64,000 nucleotides of DNA from an uncultured Micavibrio sp. (GCA_964534445.1 CAZHOE010000005.1:26969-90968); one strand, 5' to 3'. Shown: positions 41,442 to 52,711, counted from the stretch's first letter. Notes: generated by a model not told the origin, from the letters alone. Made by a program: numbers and translations.

Positions 41442-41816
41442 TTAAGCCGCGAGGGTCGAGCCGATGCGGCGTGTGATTTCTTCCAGTGTGAAAGGTTTGC
41501 TGATGACTTCATGCGCAAGACAGTCAAGATTATGCGCCCGCTGGCGCTGGTTGGCGTAACCCGACATCATCAAAATACGCGTTTGCGGATAATCTTTGCT
41601 GACCTTCAGGGCAAGGGCGATTCCGTCCAGCTCCGGCATGACGATATCGGTCAGCAAAAGATCATAGCTGCGCTTGCCCAGTGCTTCCAGCGCGGCATTG
41701 CCGTCCGGCACGGCGGTGACGGCATAGCCCGCGTAATTAAGGGCACGCTCCACGAATTGACGCACGGCAGGCTCGTCATCTGCCACCAAAACCCATTTCG
41801 GCTGATCGTCTGTCAT
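41442..41816 (-). CDS. Single-domain response regulator (CpdR-like)
   Basis: DLLLTDIVMPELDGI, KPF, C-terminal AA. Confidence 0.88.
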   Translation of the reverse strand: MTDDQPKWVLVADDEPAVRQFVERALNYAGYAVTAVPDGNAALEALGKRSYDLLLTDIVMPELDGIALALKVSKDYPQTRILMMSGYANQRQRAHNLDCLAHEVISKPFTLEEITRRIGSTLAA

Positions 41817-41842
41817 GTCGCATTCCTTCTAAAAAAAATAAA

Positions 41843-42574
41843 TCAATGTTCCAATACCGTTACGTCCACAGTATTGCCGCCTTCCGGCACGTCGGCAAAA
41901 AACAATTTTAGCGGTACAGCCTCGCCCGGCGCAAGCATGCGCTGCGCATCCTTCGGCGGTTGTTCCCATTCCTTCAGGAAAGCGCCATAGGGGCCGCGCA
42001 GGATAATTTTGAGCGCCGGTTGCACAATCGCATGGTCGCTAATATTGGACAGCTTCAGACTCAGGGCCATTTGCTCCCCGCGCGCCGCCTTTTCCTTGCG
42101 CGCGGTCAACTCGGAGAAACTCAACCCCTCCCCGGGGGCCTGCAAGGTGGCGCCGACGGTATTATACAATAAAGCCATCGCCGGCACATGCTGCACAATT
42201 GCGTGCCGCGCCAAAAAGACGCCGTTCAGCGTCATGAACAAGAGCAGGAAAAAGACACTCGCCCCGAAAGCATTCGGGCCCAGACCGCCCGGCCTGTCAT
42301 CCATCACCGGCATCTCGAAATCCTGCGGCATCGGCGTCATGGCACGCGAAGAATCAAGATTGCCCGTATCATCCCCTGCTGCTTCTGCCGCGTTTTGCAG
42401 CATGCGCTCGAATGAAATTTCGGCCGCGGGTTCTTCGGTCACGCCCTCGACTTTTACTTGCGCTTCAAACCACGTATTGCCGCAGTCCGTGCAACGCACC
42501 ACACGCCCGCCGTGCGCCAGATAACGCTCATCCAGGCGGTAGGTCGATTGGCATTTTTCACAGGTCAGTAACAT
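41843..42574 (-). CDS. MJ0042 zinc-ribbon/DUF3426 membrane protein
   Basis: CEKCQSTY...VRCTDCGNTW, one TM; divergent from ftsE. Confidence 0.85.
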   Translation of the reverse strand: MLLTCEKCQSTYRLDERYLAHGGRVVRCTDCGNTWFEAQVKVEGVTEEPAAEISFERMLQNAAEAAGDDTGNLDSSRAMTPMPQDFEMPVMDDRPGGLGPNAFGASVFFLLLFMTLNGVFLARHAIVQHVPAMALLYNTVGATLQAPGEGLSFSELTARKEKAARGEQMALSLKLSNISDHAIVQPALKIILRGPYGAFLKEWEQPPKDAQRMLAPGEAVPLKLFFADVPEGGNTVDVTVLEH

Positions 42575-42762
42575 CGTGCCGCAGTTTCTTTTTTTTTCGA
42601 TAATCAATTTACAGATTGCACAAATAAAAGTAGCGTATCCATATGAATAAGGATAGCATGCAAAGTGTTAATTTTGCATTTTTTGTTTGAACGGGGCGGT
42701 GTGGATTTTTCGCGGTTTTTATGAAGACCGCGCACCGCCACCGGCAGCGAAGGGACGCGTTG

Positions 42763-43446
42763 ATGTCATTGATCGGTTTTTCAAATGTCGGGCTGCGATA
42801 CAGCACAGGGCCGGAAATCCTGAGCGACGTCAGCTTTACACTGGAAAAAGGATCATTCCATTTTCTGACCGGCGCCAGCGGCGCGGGCAAAACATCTTTG
42901 CTGAAAATGCTCTACGTCGGCACACGCCCGACGCGCGGCATCATCAACATGTTCGGGCAGGATATCACCGCGATGAAACGCGAAGACCTGCCCGCCGTAC
43001 GCCGTCAGGTCGGCACGGTATTTCAGGATTTTCGCCTTTTGATGCATCTCTCCGCCTATGACAATGTCGCCCTGCCGATGCGCATTGCGGGGGTGGATGA
43101 AGAACACACCCGCCGCAACGTGACCGAATTGCTGCGCTGGGTCGGCCTTGGTGACAAAATGGATGCCAAGCCCCCCACCCTGTCCGGCGGCGAACAACAG
43201 CGCGTGGCGATTGCCCGTGCCGTCATCGCCCGCCCCAAGCTGCTGGTGGCGGACGAGCCGACCGGCAATATCGACCCCGGCATCGGCATCAAGATTTTGT
43301 ATCTTTTCGAAGAGCTGAACAAGCATGGCACAACCATTGTGATCGCCACACACGATGCGGATATCATCCGCCGTTTCGGCCACCCCGAAATGCACCTTGA
43401 AAACGGACACCTGATCATGCCCCATTCCGGCGCAAAGGCGGCGTAA
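42763..43446 (+). CDS. ftsE: Cell division ATPase FtsE
   Basis: GASGAGKTS, VFQDFRLL, LSGGEQQR, ADEPTGN. Confidence 0.95.
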   Translation: MSLIGFSNVGLRYSTGPEILSDVSFTLEKGSFHFLTGASGAGKTSLLKMLYVGTRPTRGIINMFGQDITAMKREDLPAVRRQVGTVFQDFRLLMHLSAYDNVALPMRIAGVDEEHTRRNVTELLRWVGLGDKMDAKPPTLSGGEQQRVAIARAVIARPKLLVADEPTGNIDPGIGIKILYLFEELNKHGTTIVIATHDADIIRRFGHPEMHLENGHLIMPHSGAKAA

Positions 43447-43447
43447 C

Positions 43448-44371
43448 ATGGCAAAAAAGATTTTTCAAAAACATCACTATGATATCGCACTTGAAAGCGG
43501 CGTCGGCGCCAATCTGGTTTCCTGGGCGACGGGCTTGATGGTTTTTTTCATGACGCTGGCGCTGGCCGTCAACATCGGTCTTGCCAGTATTACCGATAAC
43601 TGGGTCGCGTCCCTCTCCGGCAGTGTCACAGTGGAACTGCAGCCCCCCATGCGGGCCGAGGACAAAGACAAAATCGATGAGGACGAGCAAAAAGCCTTCG
43701 ATGAAAAAGCGCAAAAAATCGCGGCGATGGGCACAAGCCATCCCGCCCTCGCCGGCGGCCGCGTGCTGGACCGCGCCGAGGTTTTAAAATTGATCGAGCC
43801 GTGGCTGGGTTCTGCCATGCCCTCCGATTTGCCGCTGCCCGCACTCATCGATTTAAAACTACTGCCCGATGCCGATATCGAGCAGTTGAAAAAAGATATT
43901 CTGGCGATTGCACCCAAAGCCACCGTCGATACGCATGACGATACGCTGAAAGATGTCAGCACGCTGGTGAATACCGCGCGGCTTTTTGTTCTGCTTTTGT
44001 CGGGCGTGATCATGCTGCTCGCCATCTTTGCCATTTCCGGCATGGTACGCGCCAAGCTTGCCATCCATCATCAGGAAGTGGAGACCCTGCACCTGATCGG
44101 CGCGAATGACGAATATATCGCCCGCCAGTTCCGTCACCACACACTGAAAGGCACACTGAAGGGCGCTGTTCTGGGCGTTCTTGCCATGCTGCTGACGCTT
44201 TTCGCCATCGGTCATATGACCCGCACGATCGACAGCAGCCTTCTGCCCAGTCTGGATGTGCTACCGGTGCAGTGGATTGTTTTGCTGTTTTCTCCCATTC
44301 TGGCGGGCGCGCTGATCGCCCATATGACGGCGCAAAAAACCGTCATGAACGCGCTGGCGAGACTGGACTGA
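43448..44371 (+). CDS. ftsX: Cell division permease FtsX
   Basis: Four TM, LIEPWLG, LHLIGANDEYIARQF; follows ftsE. Confidence 0.9.
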   Translation: MAKKIFQKHHYDIALESGVGANLVSWATGLMVFFMTLALAVNIGLASITDNWVASLSGSVTVELQPPMRAEDKDKIDEDEQKAFDEKAQKIAAMGTSHPALAGGRVLDRAEVLKLIEPWLGSAMPSDLPLPALIDLKLLPDADIEQLKKDILAIAPKATVDTHDDTLKDVSTLVNTARLFVLLLSGVIMLLAIFAISGMVRAKLAIHHQEVETLHLIGANDEYIARQFRHHTLKGTLKGAVLGVLAMLLTLFAIGHMTRTIDSSLLPSLDVLPVQWIVLLFSPILAGALIAHMTAQKTVMNALARLD

Positions 44372-45054
44372 TGCCTCATCGCTATAAAATGAAAAAACCG
44401 GCGCAGATTGCGCTTGCCGTGCTTTTTATGGCCGCACTCTGGCTGGGCGGGCTTTACAGCTTTACGCGTGACATTTTCCGTGATGCCACGGCCGCCACCT
44501 CCGCCAATAACCTGCCCGCGGGCGAGACGCTGGGCGATGCGGCAAAACTGGATGCGATAGTCGTGCTCACAGGCGGTAGCAACCGTCTGCAAACCGGCTT
44601 TGACTTGCTCGAACAAGGCCGCGGCGAAAGACTTTTCATCTCCGGCGTTTATCAGGGCGTGGAGGTCCGCGAGCTGATGGATCAATGGAAAAAAGGCGCC
44701 CATGAAGATCTGGACTGCTGCGTGACGCTCGGCTTTGATGCCGACGACACCCGCGGTAATGCACAGGAAACCGCCAGCTGGATGGAAGAACAAAAATACC
44801 GCTCCCTGTATCTGGTCACGGCACATTACCACATGAAACGCGCATTGCTGGAGTTCGAGCGCCTCGGCGCCGACTGGCAAATCCGCCCCTGGCCCGTGGC
44901 GCCCGAAGGCATGGATATGAACAACTGGTGGCGCGACGGGCGTTATCGCAGCCTGATCATCCGCGAATACAATAAGTATCTTGCCGCCCTTGTCCTGCCC
45001 AATCCGCCGCGCAGAAAAAGCGTGCAAAGAGATAAAACGGAAAGCGAAAAATAA
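44371..45054 (+). CDS. YdcF/ElyC (DUF218) family protein
   Basis: AIVVLTGG, TRGNAQET, LVTAHYHMKR, EYNKY. Confidence 0.9.
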   Translation: MPHRYKMKKPAQIALAVLFMAALWLGGLYSFTRDIFRDATAATSANNLPAGETLGDAAKLDAIVVLTGGSNRLQTGFDLLEQGRGERLFISGVYQGVEVRELMDQWKKGAHEDLDCCVTLGFDADDTRGNAQETASWMEEQKYRSLYLVTAHYHMKRALLEFERLGADWQIRPWPVAPEGMDMNNWWRDGRYRSLIIREYNKYLAALVLPNPPRRKSVQRDKTESEK

Positions 45055-45055
45055 C

Positions 45056-45844
45056 ATGAACGCGCTGCGCTCCATCCTTTTCAACCTGCTGTATATCTTC
45101 GGTTCGCTGTTCTGGAGCATCGTGCTGCTCTGGACGCTTTTCCTGCCGCCGCGACGCTGCACAGAAATCATCAGCAAGATTTACGGCGGTTATATCGCGT
45201 TGATTGAAAAATATGTCATGGGACTGACGCTGGAAATGCGCGGCCTTGAAAATCTGCCGACTGATAAGCCGTTCATCATCGCCGCCAAGCACCAATCCGC
45301 CTATGAAACGCTGAAGCTGCCCTTTATGGCGCAACTGAACTTCCCCGTCATCATTTTGAAAAAAGAGCTGACCTATCTGCCTCTCTGGGGGCTCTACCCC
45401 AGACGCATGGGGCTCGTTGCCATCGACCGCAGCGCGGGGCTTGCCGCAATGAAGGCGATCGCCGATGGATGTAAAAAAGCGATGCGCGATAAACGCAACG
45501 TTGTTATCTTCCCGCAAGGCACCCGCGTTGCGCCGGGCGCACCCGAATCCTATAAACCCGGCCTTGCAAAAATCTACAAAGACCTGCAAGTGCCGATCGT
45601 GCCCATGGCACTGAACACCGGCATATATTGGGGGCGCAATGCGTTTTTCAAAAAACCGGGCAAGATCATTTTCGAATTCCTGCCGCCTCTTGCCGAAGGA
45701 CAGCCGCCGCTGAAAGTCATGGCCGAACTGGAAGTCGCGCTGGAAGCTGCGAGCGATAAACTGGTACAGGAAGCCGGCGGGCCAAAGCTCGGCACCGTGC
45801 CGCCCCGCGAGAAAAAAGAAAAAGAGAAAACAAAAGCCGCTTAA
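45056..45844 (+). CDS. plsC: 1-acyl-sn-glycerol-3-phosphate acyltransferase
   Basis: KHQSAYET, IDR, IFPQGTR. Confidence 0.9.
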   Translation: MNALRSILFNLLYIFGSLFWSIVLLWTLFLPPRRCTEIISKIYGGYIALIEKYVMGLTLEMRGLENLPTDKPFIIAAKHQSAYETLKLPFMAQLNFPVIILKKELTYLPLWGLYPRRMGLVAIDRSAGLAAMKAIADGCKKAMRDKRNVVIFPQGTRVAPGAPESYKPGLAKIYKDLQVPIVPMALNTGIYWGRNAFFKKPGKIIFEFLPPLAEGQPPLKVMAELEVALEAASDKLVQEAGGPKLGTVPPREKKEKEKTKAA

Positions 45845-46941
45845 ACGAAGGCCTTCACGGCGGTCAGCAGCCGGGCATTGTCATCGGGCGTGCCGATCGT
45901 AATACGCAGGCATTTCGGCAGGTTATAGGCACCCATCTGGCGAATAAAAATACCCTGTGATTTCAGCGCGAGGCGTATATCTTCCGCCTTGTCGCCAAAT
46001 TCGATGAGCAGAAAATTCGTTACGCTCGGCCAGACTTTATAGCCAAGAGCGGAAAGCCCTTCCGTCAACTGTTTGCGCCCCGCATGCGTCATATCAATTG
46101 TTTTTTGAATAAACGCATCATCCGCAAGCGCGGCAATACCTGCGGCCTGCGCCGGCGCGCTGACGTTAAAGGCGCCGCGCACGCGGTTGATCACACCGGC
46201 AATATCCGCCGGACAATATCCCCAGCCCAGACGCAGGGCGGCAAGACCGTGGATTTTTGAAAAGGTACGCAGCATCACAGTGTTATTCCCCGCCGCAACA
46301 AGGCTGCTGCCGTCTTCGTAATCGGGCGCATCCACAAATTCGGCATAAGCGGCATCGACGACCAGCAAAACTTCAGACGGCAAACCATCGCGCAGTTTTT
46401 GCATCTCGGCGCGCGTCAGATAACTGCCCGTCGGGTTATTGGGATTGGCGACCAGCACAACGCGGGTTTTTGGCGTGACGGCGGCCAGCATGGCATCAAC
46501 ATCCGTGCGCATATCCTTTTCAGGCGCGGCCACAGGCGTAGCGCCAACGGATCTGGCGCTGATGGGATACATCAAAAAACCGTATTGGCTATACAGTACC
46601 TCGTCCCCGATCCCGGCATAGGAACGGACGATCAGGGAGATCAGCTCGTCCGACCCCGCGCCGCACACGATCTGTTCGGGATCAAACCCGTATTTCTGCC
46701 CCAGCGCCGCCCGCAGCGCCGCAGCGCCGCCATCGGGATAGCGGTGCAGATCATCGCCGGCTGCCAGATAGGCCGCACGCGCCGCCGCACTGCAACCCAG
46801 CACGTTTTCGTTGGACGCTAGGCGCACAGGACGATCAAAAGCATCCATGCGTCCCTCGCCGCCAACATAGGCTTTAATGTCCATAATCCCAGCCTTGGGC
46901 AGGGGCGACAACGGCACGTCTTCGGTTTTGGGCTGGGTCAT
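45841..46941 (-). CDS. hisC: Histidinol-phosphate/aromatic aminotransferase
   Basis: LASNEN, ANPNNPTG, DAAYAEF, RTFSKIHGLAALRLG. Confidence 0.92.
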   Translation of the reverse strand: MTQPKTEDVPLSPLPKAGIMDIKAYVGGEGRMDAFDRPVRLASNENVLGCSAAARAAYLAAGDDLHRYPDGGAAALRAALGQKYGFDPEQIVCGAGSDELISLIVRSYAGIGDEVLYSQYGFLMYPISARSVGATPVAAPEKDMRTDVDAMLAAVTPKTRVVLVANPNNPTGSYLTRAEMQKLRDGLPSEVLLVVDAAYAEFVDAPDYEDGSSLVAAGNNTVMLRTFSKIHGLAALRLGWGYCPADIAGVINRVRGAFNVSAPAQAAGIAALADDAFIQKTIDMTHAGRKQLTEGLSALGYKVWPSVTNFLLIEFGDKAEDIRLALKSQGIFIRQMGAYNLPKCLRITIGTPDDNARLLTAVKAFV

Positions 46942-47708
46942 AACTTGGAATCTCCTGCTATTCTGTTGTTCACTCTGGACAGGGGTTTGGGCGCTGTCAA
47001 GAAGCGGCGGCGGGCAACGGCTGCCTCTGCGGAAGGCGCCCCCACCAGCGTGCCGGCATAAAGCTGCTTTGCTGCCTCCACAATATTCACGCCGCCAAAG
47101 GCGTTGAAAAACCGCTGCCCGATTTTTTCCCAGACCGGCGCTGTCGCCAGCATCAGACGGGAGGAAGACGGCGGCATGAACAATCCGCGTTCCACCCGTT
47201 CGGGAATAAACATATAATCCTTCAGGATCTGGCGGATCTGCCCGACAGAATAGGGCGCGCCATGGCCAAAGGGCGTATGGTCAAACCGCGCCCAGACGCC
47301 CGTGCGGTTCGGCACGATCAGGACAAGGCTGCCCTGCCCCGTCATCACCCGCCAAGCTTCGCGCAATATGTAATCCATATTCTCATATCCTTGCAGACCG
47401 TGGATGATCAACAAGCGGTCAACCGAATTGGTTTCGATCGGTAGCTCCGCTTCATCACAAAGCGTCACCAGCCCCGGTTCATCCGGCGGCCAATAGACGG
47501 CACCTTGCTGGGCAGGCATGATCGCAATCGTGCGCTCTGCTTCTGTCATCAGCGGCTTCAGATAGGGCGTCGCATAACCGAAACCAAGCAGGCGTTGCCC
47601 TTTCACATCGGGCCAGAAGTGGCGAATATGCTGGCGCAGGAGCCGCTGCACAACACGCCCTTGAACGGTTTCATAAAATTCTTTTAAATCAATTGCTTTC
47701 GTGTGCAT
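46938..47708 (-). CDS. Class I SAM methyltransferase-like protein (YafS-like)
   Basis: GFGYATPYL, MPAQQG..WP, VPNRTGVWAR..TPFGHG. Confidence 0.85.
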   Translation of the reverse strand: MHTKAIDLKEFYETVQGRVVQRLLRQHIRHFWPDVKGQRLLGFGYATPYLKPLMTEAERTIAIMPAQQGAVYWPPDEPGLVTLCDEAELPIETNSVDRLLIIHGLQGYENMDYILREAWRVMTGQGSLVLIVPNRTGVWARFDHTPFGHGAPYSVGQIRQILKDYMFIPERVERGLFMPPSSSRLMLATAPVWEKIGQRFFNAFGGVNIVEAAKQLYAGTLVGAPSAEAAVARRRFLTAPKPLSRVNNRIAGDSKL

Positions 47709-47709
47709 G

Positions 47710-48153
47710 TCAAAGCAATTCCTGAAGTGCAGGAATCAAAGGAATATCTGCCGGCGGCATGGGATATTGGTTGAAGTCACGCGGATAAACCCATGCCATA
47801 CTTTGATGTTCATGCGCCGTCACCGATCCCCGCCACACTCGGCAAACATAGAGCGGCATGAAGAGATGAAAATCGTCATAACGATGCGATGCGAAGGTTA
47901 ATGGCGCCAGACAGCTTTCCGCCGTATCGATGCCAAGCTCTTCTTTTAATTCGCGGATCAGCGCAGCCTCGGGTGTTTCGCCCTTTTCTATCTTGCCCCC
48001 GGGAAATTCCCACATACCGGCAAGGTTTTTACCTTCCGGCCGCTGCGCGAGCAAAACACGACCATCACGATCCACCAAGGCCACCGCCACGACATACACA
48101 ATCTTGTCGGGCCGAGGGGGCGGCGGCGCGTCTATCGCATCAAAACAGCCCAT
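47710..48153 (-). CDS. mutT: 8-oxo-dGTP diphosphatase
   Basis: WEFPGGKIEKGETPEAALIRELKEELG Nudix box, MPPAD. Confidence 0.92.
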   Translation of the reverse strand: MGCFDAIDAPPPPRPDKIVYVVAVALVDRDGRVLLAQRPEGKNLAGMWEFPGGKIEKGETPEAALIRELKEELGIDTAESCLAPLTFASHRYDDFHLFMPLYVCRVWRGSVTAHEHQSMAWVYPRDFNQYPMPPADIPLIPALQELL

Positions 48154-48157
48154 ATTT

Positions 48158-48784
48158 TCAAGCGTTTGGTTTTGGTTGTTGCATTTTGGCTGCAGCAGGC
48201 GTCGGGGGGCCCCCGTTGCTCATGTAATCTTTCAGCAACAATGGATAAGCTTGCGCCAGCAAACGCGCATCCAGAATTGCACTATGCCCATTATCGTCAC
48301 GTTCTTTGCGGCTGATGCTGTAGCGGTCGAGCACTTTGTCGAGCGTTGCCGCTTTTTCTCCGAACATGTTTTCAGACCAGCGGCGCACGTTCACCCACTG
48401 GCTTTCAGGCACGGGAGGCTGTCCCGCGCGCTCGAATTCCATGTTCAGGAAAGCGATATCCAGCGTGTAATTGTCTTTGGTGCGGCAGGTAATCACAACC
48501 GTTGAATCACCAATAAAGCGGCGCAGTTCGGCGGCAATTTCCTTAAAGGTCGGCTGGTTTTCCACTTTGGCGTTATCGATGCCGTGCACCTTGACGACTT
48601 CCTCGGGAATATCACGCTCCGGGTTGACCAGCGAATAAAACTCGCGCCCTGTCGGACGATGCCCCGCAACCTCAACGGCAGCGATCTCGACAATGCGGTG
48701 ACCCTCTGCGGTAAAAAGTCCTGTGGTTTCGACATCCAGCACAATTTCGCGCGGGCCGCTCGTTTTATTAAATCGCTTCAACAT
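48158..48784 (-). CDS. Divergent DEDDh 3'-5' exonuclease (DnaQ paralog)
   Basis: ExoI LDVETTG, VHGI, ExoIII HSAILDA; ExoII atypical. Confidence 0.85.
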   Translation of the reverse strand: MLKRFNKTSGPREIVLDVETTGLFTAEGHRIVEIAAVEVAGHRPTGREFYSLVNPERDIPEEVVKVHGIDNAKVENQPTFKEIAAELRRFIGDSTVVITCRTKDNYTLDIAFLNMEFERAGQPPVPESQWVNVRRWSENMFGEKAATLDKVLDRYSISRKERDDNGHSAILDARLLAQAYPLLLKDYMSNGGPPTPAAAKMQQPKPNA

Positions 48785-48887
48785 CGTTTTTGCCCTATCT
48801 CTAAAATAAAAATTACCGTAACCGGCCCAGTATATACGAAAAAAGGGAAAGAGCGAATCCTCGCTCTTTCCCTTTGAAATGTATAGA

Positions 48888-49754
48888 TTATTTATCTTCC
48901 TTCTTCGGCATTTCGAGCGGCTTGCCGTTCTCGTCATAAATCACGATCTCGGCTTTCGCATGCAGGCTGTCGAGATGTTTTTGCAAGGCTTCCTGGCCCA
49001 ATGCATTGCGGATGCGACCTTCCAGTTCCCCTTCCAGCGGCGGCACTTTGCGCTCGCGCTTTTCTTCGACTTTGATCACGTGATAGCCGAACTGGGTTTT
49101 CACCGGCGTTTTGGTATAGGTGCCGGGCTTCAGGGAAAAGGCGGCCTTGCTGAACTCGGGCACCATATCACCTTCGGTAAAGAAACCGAGATCTCCGCCG
49201 TTTGGCGCCGTCGGACCGGAAGAGCGCTGCTGCGCCAGCTTGGCAAAATCCTTGCCGGCATCCAGATCCTTGATGACCTGCTCGGCTTCCGTTTCTGTCG
49301 GCACCAGAATGTGGCGGGCATGCACTTCCGTTTTACCGCCATAGGTTTTCTTGAACTTGGCATATTCGGCTTTAACGGCTTTATCTGTTAGCTTGCCTTG
49401 CAGCATTTTCTCTATATAAATCTGCTTGGCGAGCTGTGTTTCGATAACATCGAGGCGTTCTTTGTATTCTTTGCTCTCGTTGATTTTGGATTTAACGATT
49501 TCCGCATCGATCAGACGCTCGTCAATCATCTGGCTCAGAATCATTTTAATGAGCGCCGGCTTATCCATTTCCTTGACCGGTACGGGATAGTTATTGACGA
49601 TGTTCATCACTTCTTTTTTCAGAACCTTGTCACCGTTCACCGTCGCCAAGACGGCTTCTTCGGCAGCAAAGACATTGCCCGGCTGCAGGCTGACGGTCGC
49701 GCAGACCATCAACGTGGCCAGACCCAATGTTTGCATATTCCGGATAAAAGACAT
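48888..49754 (-). CDS. Periplasmic parvulin-type peptidyl-prolyl isomerase
   Basis: Signal peptide, HARHILV, GGDLGF, MVPEF, TQFGYHVI. Confidence 0.93.
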   Translation of the reverse strand: MSFIRNMQTLGLATLMVCATVSLQPGNVFAAEEAVLATVNGDKVLKKEVMNIVNNYPVPVKEMDKPALIKMILSQMIDERLIDAEIVKSKINESKEYKERLDVIETQLAKQIYIEKMLQGKLTDKAVKAEYAKFKKTYGGKTEVHARHILVPTETEAEQVIKDLDAGKDFAKLAQQRSSGPTAPNGGDLGFFTEGDMVPEFSKAAFSLKPGTYTKTPVKTQFGYHVIKVEEKRERKVPPLEGELEGRIRNALGQEALQKHLDSLHAKAEIVIYDENGKPLEMPKKEDK

Positions 49755-49948
49755 TCCATATTCTCCCAATAATAAAGGCACAAAGCTACGCCATATAAAG
49801 CGGTTTTCAATCATTTATCAAGGCGTTTTCCACCTGCGGGGACACAGGTACAAAGACACCCCATATATAAGACGAAAGGCCTGCGATTGTTGACTTGGCG
49901 GCTATTTCCGTTATATGTCATGTGTTCACGATCATAAGGATACAAAAT

Positions 49949-52642
49949 ATGTTTTCGGCACTTGCGCGCACGATGTTCGGCTCCCATTCAGAACGTGTAT
50001 TGAGAGGATATAAAAAACGCGTCGACCAGATCAATGCACTGGAGCCTGCCATGCAGGCGCTGAGCGATGCAGAGCTAACGGCACAAACCGCCAAGTTCAA
50101 AGAACGTCTGGAAGCCGGCGAAACGCTGGATCAAATCCTGCCCGAAGCTTTCGCGACCGTCCGTGAAGTATCCCGCCGCCGTGCGGGCATGCGTCCTTTT
50201 GATGTGCAATTGATGGGCGGTATCGCCCTGCATGAAGGATACATCCCTGAAATGCGCACCGGTGAAGGTAAAACGCTGGTGGCCACGCTACCCGTTTACC
50301 TGAATGCGCTGACCGGCAAAGGCGTGCATGTTGTCACCGTCAACGATTATCTGGCAGAACGCGACGCCGCATGGATGCAGCCGATTTACGCCGGTCTGGG
50401 TATGTCTGTCGGCGTGATCATCGCCAATCTCAGCGATGTGGAGCGCAAGGCCGCCTATAATTGCGATGTTACCTACGGCACCAATAACGAATTCGGCTTT
50501 GACTATCTGCGCGACAACATGAAATTCCGTCTGGAAGACATGGCGCAGCGTCCTTTCAACTACGCGATCATCGACGAAGTGGATTCCATTTTGATCGACG
50601 AGGCGCGCACACCCTTGATCATCTCCGGTCAGGCGGAAGATTCAGCCGAGCAGTACCGCACAGTCGATAAAGTCATCCCGCACCTCAACCCCGAAGATTA
50701 CGAGGTCGAGGAAAAAAACAAAAACATATCCCTGACCGATGACGGCAGCCTGCATGCCGAAGAAGTCATGAAGGAAATGGGCATCCTGACCGAAGGCGGG
50801 CTGTATGATGCCAATAACATCGCCCTTGTCCACCACCTGAATCAGGCACTGCGTGCGCACAAGATGTACAAGCGCGATGTGGATTACATCGTCAAAGACG
50901 ATGCCGTTGTGATCATCGACGAATTTACCGGCCGCATGATGGAAGGCCGCCGCTTCTCCGAAGGGCTGCATCAGGCACTGGAAGCCAAAGAAGGCGTGCG
51001 CGTCCAGCATGAAAACCATGTACTGGCCTCCATCACCTTCCAAAACTATTTCCGCATGTATCCGAAACTGGCCGGTATGACCGGTACGGCGATGACGGAA
51101 AAGGACGAGTTTGAAGCGATCTATAACCTGCGCGTTGTGGAATTGCCCACCAACTTGCCCGCCGTGCGTATCGACAACCATGACGAGGTTTACCGCACCA
51201 CGCAGGAAAAATTCGAAGCCATCGTACGCCTGATCGAAGATTGCCGCAGCAAGGAACAGCCTGTACTGGTCGGCACAACCTCCATCGATAAATCGGAGCA
51301 GCTGTCGAAATTTTTGAAAAAGCTGAATATCCCGCATAACGTACTGAACGCGCGCTATCACGAACAGGAAGCGCAGATCATCGCGCAGGCTGGCCGTCCC
51401 GGCGCCGTGACCATCGCCACCAACATGGCCGGCCGCGGGACGGACATTAAGCTGGGCGGCAATCTGGAAGCCCGCCTAGCCGAGGAAGTGCCCGAAGATG
51501 CCGATGAAGTCACGCGCGCGCGCCTGACCGAAAAAATCAAAAAAGAAATCGAAGAAGCGGGCGAACTGGTCAAACGCGCGGGCGGTCTGTATGTGATCGG
51601 CTCCGAGCGGCACGAATCCCGCCGCATTGACAACCAGCTGCGCGGCCGCTCCGGCCGTCAGGGGGACCCGGGTGCATCGAAATTCTTCATCTCGCTCGAA
51701 GACGACCTGATGCGTATTTTCGGCTCCGACAAAATGGACATGTTCTTGCAAAAGATGGGGCTGAAACCCGGCCAGCCGATTATCCACCCCTGGATCAACG
51801 CGGCCATCGAACGGGCGCAGAAGAAAGTGGAAGGCCAGCATTTTGACTTCCGCAAAAACATCCTGAAATTCGACAACGTCATGAACGACCAGCGCAAAGT
51901 CGTCTATGAACAGCGCCGCGAAATCATGCTAGCGAGCGATGTCTCCGAAGTGCTTGCCGATATGCGCCATGATGTCATCGACGAAATGCTGGATGCGGCT
52001 ATTCCCGTCGGCAGTTTCCCCGAACAATGGGATGCCGCGCTTTTAAGAACAGAGGCGCACCGTCTCCTTGGTATTCATCCGCCGGTCGAGGACTGGGCGA
52101 AAGAAGAAGGCATTGACGCCGAAACGGTTGGCGAGCGCCTGCGTCAGGAAGTTGAAAAGCGCCTGAAGGCCAAAGAAGAGCTGATCGATCCGCAAGACAT
52201 GCGCCGTCTGGAAAAAGGCATTCTATTGCAGATTCTCGACCAGACATGGAAAGAGCATTTGATGGAGCTGGATCACCTGCGCCAAGGAATTTTCCTGCGC
52301 GCCATCGGCCAGAAAGATCCGCTGAACGAATACAAATACGAAGCCTTTACCATGTTCCAGCAAATGCTGGCAAATGTTCGCGGAAAAGTCACCAGCGCGC
52401 TATGCCTGATCGAACTGCACCCCAGCGAGCCGCCGCCGATGCCCGTCATGAAGCAGCCCAAGCACACCATCCTCAGCCGTGGCATAGATCCGGCACAGGT
52501 GGCAGATACAACGCCGCAGCCCTTTATGGCGCCGGAGTTCGATCAGAATGACCCAGCCACATGGAGCAAAACGCCGCGCAATGCGCCTTGCCCCTGCGGA
52601 TCGGGCAAAAAATACAAATACTGCCACGGCCAGACGCAATAG
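49949..52642 (+). CDS. secA: Preprotein translocase SecA
   Basis: [30 protein letters not shown]-terminal [13 protein letters not shown]. Confidence 0.98.
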   Translation: MFSALARTMFGSHSERVLRGYKKRVDQINALEPAMQALSDAELTAQTAKFKERLEAGETLDQILPEAFATVREVSRRRAGMRPFDVQLMGGIALHEGYIPEMRTGEGKTLVATLPVYLNALTGKGVHVVTVNDYLAERDAAWMQPIYAGLGMSVGVIIANLSDVERKAAYNCDVTYGTNNEFGFDYLRDNMKFRLEDMAQRPFNYAIIDEVDSILIDEARTPLIISGQAEDSAEQYRTVDKVIPHLNPEDYEVEEKNKNISLTDDGSLHAEEVMKEMGILTEGGLYDANNIALVHHLNQALRAHKMYKRDVDYIVKDDAVVIIDEFTGRMMEGRRFSEGLHQALEAKEGVRVQHENHVLASITFQNYFRMYPKLAGMTGTAMTEKDEFEAIYNLRVVELPTNLPAVRIDNHDEVYRTTQEKFEAIVRLIEDCRSKEQPVLVGTTSIDKSEQLSKFLKKLNIPHNVLNARYHEQEAQIIAQAGRPGAVTIATNMAGRGTDIKLGGNLEARLAEEVPEDADEVTRARLTEKIKKEIEEAGELVKRAGGLYVIGSERHESRRIDNQLRGRSGRQGDPGASKFFISLEDDLMRIFGSDKMDMFLQKMGLKPGQPIIHPWINAAIERAQKKVEGQHFDFRKNILKFDNVMNDQRKVVYEQRREIMLASDVSEVLADMRHDVIDEMLDAAIPVGSFPEQWDAALLRTEAHRLLGIHPPVEDWAKEEGIDAETVGERLRQEVEKRLKAKEELIDPQDMRRLEKGILLQILDQTWKEHLMELDHLRQGIFLRAIGQKDPLNEYKYEAFTMFQQMLANVRGKVTSALCLIELHPSEPPPMPVMKQPKHTILSRGIDPAQVADTTPQPFMAPEFDQNDPATWSKTPRNAPCPCGSGKKYKYCHGQTQ

Positions 52643-52664
52643 GAGATCCAAACAGATTCGCTCT

Positions 52665-52711
52665 AAAAAAGCCCGCATCAGTTCTATCTGACGGCGGGCT
52701 TTTCTTTTTTT
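52665..52711 (+). terminator. secA terminator
   Basis: AAAGCCCGC..GCGGGCTTT stem plus T-run. Confidence 0.8.
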
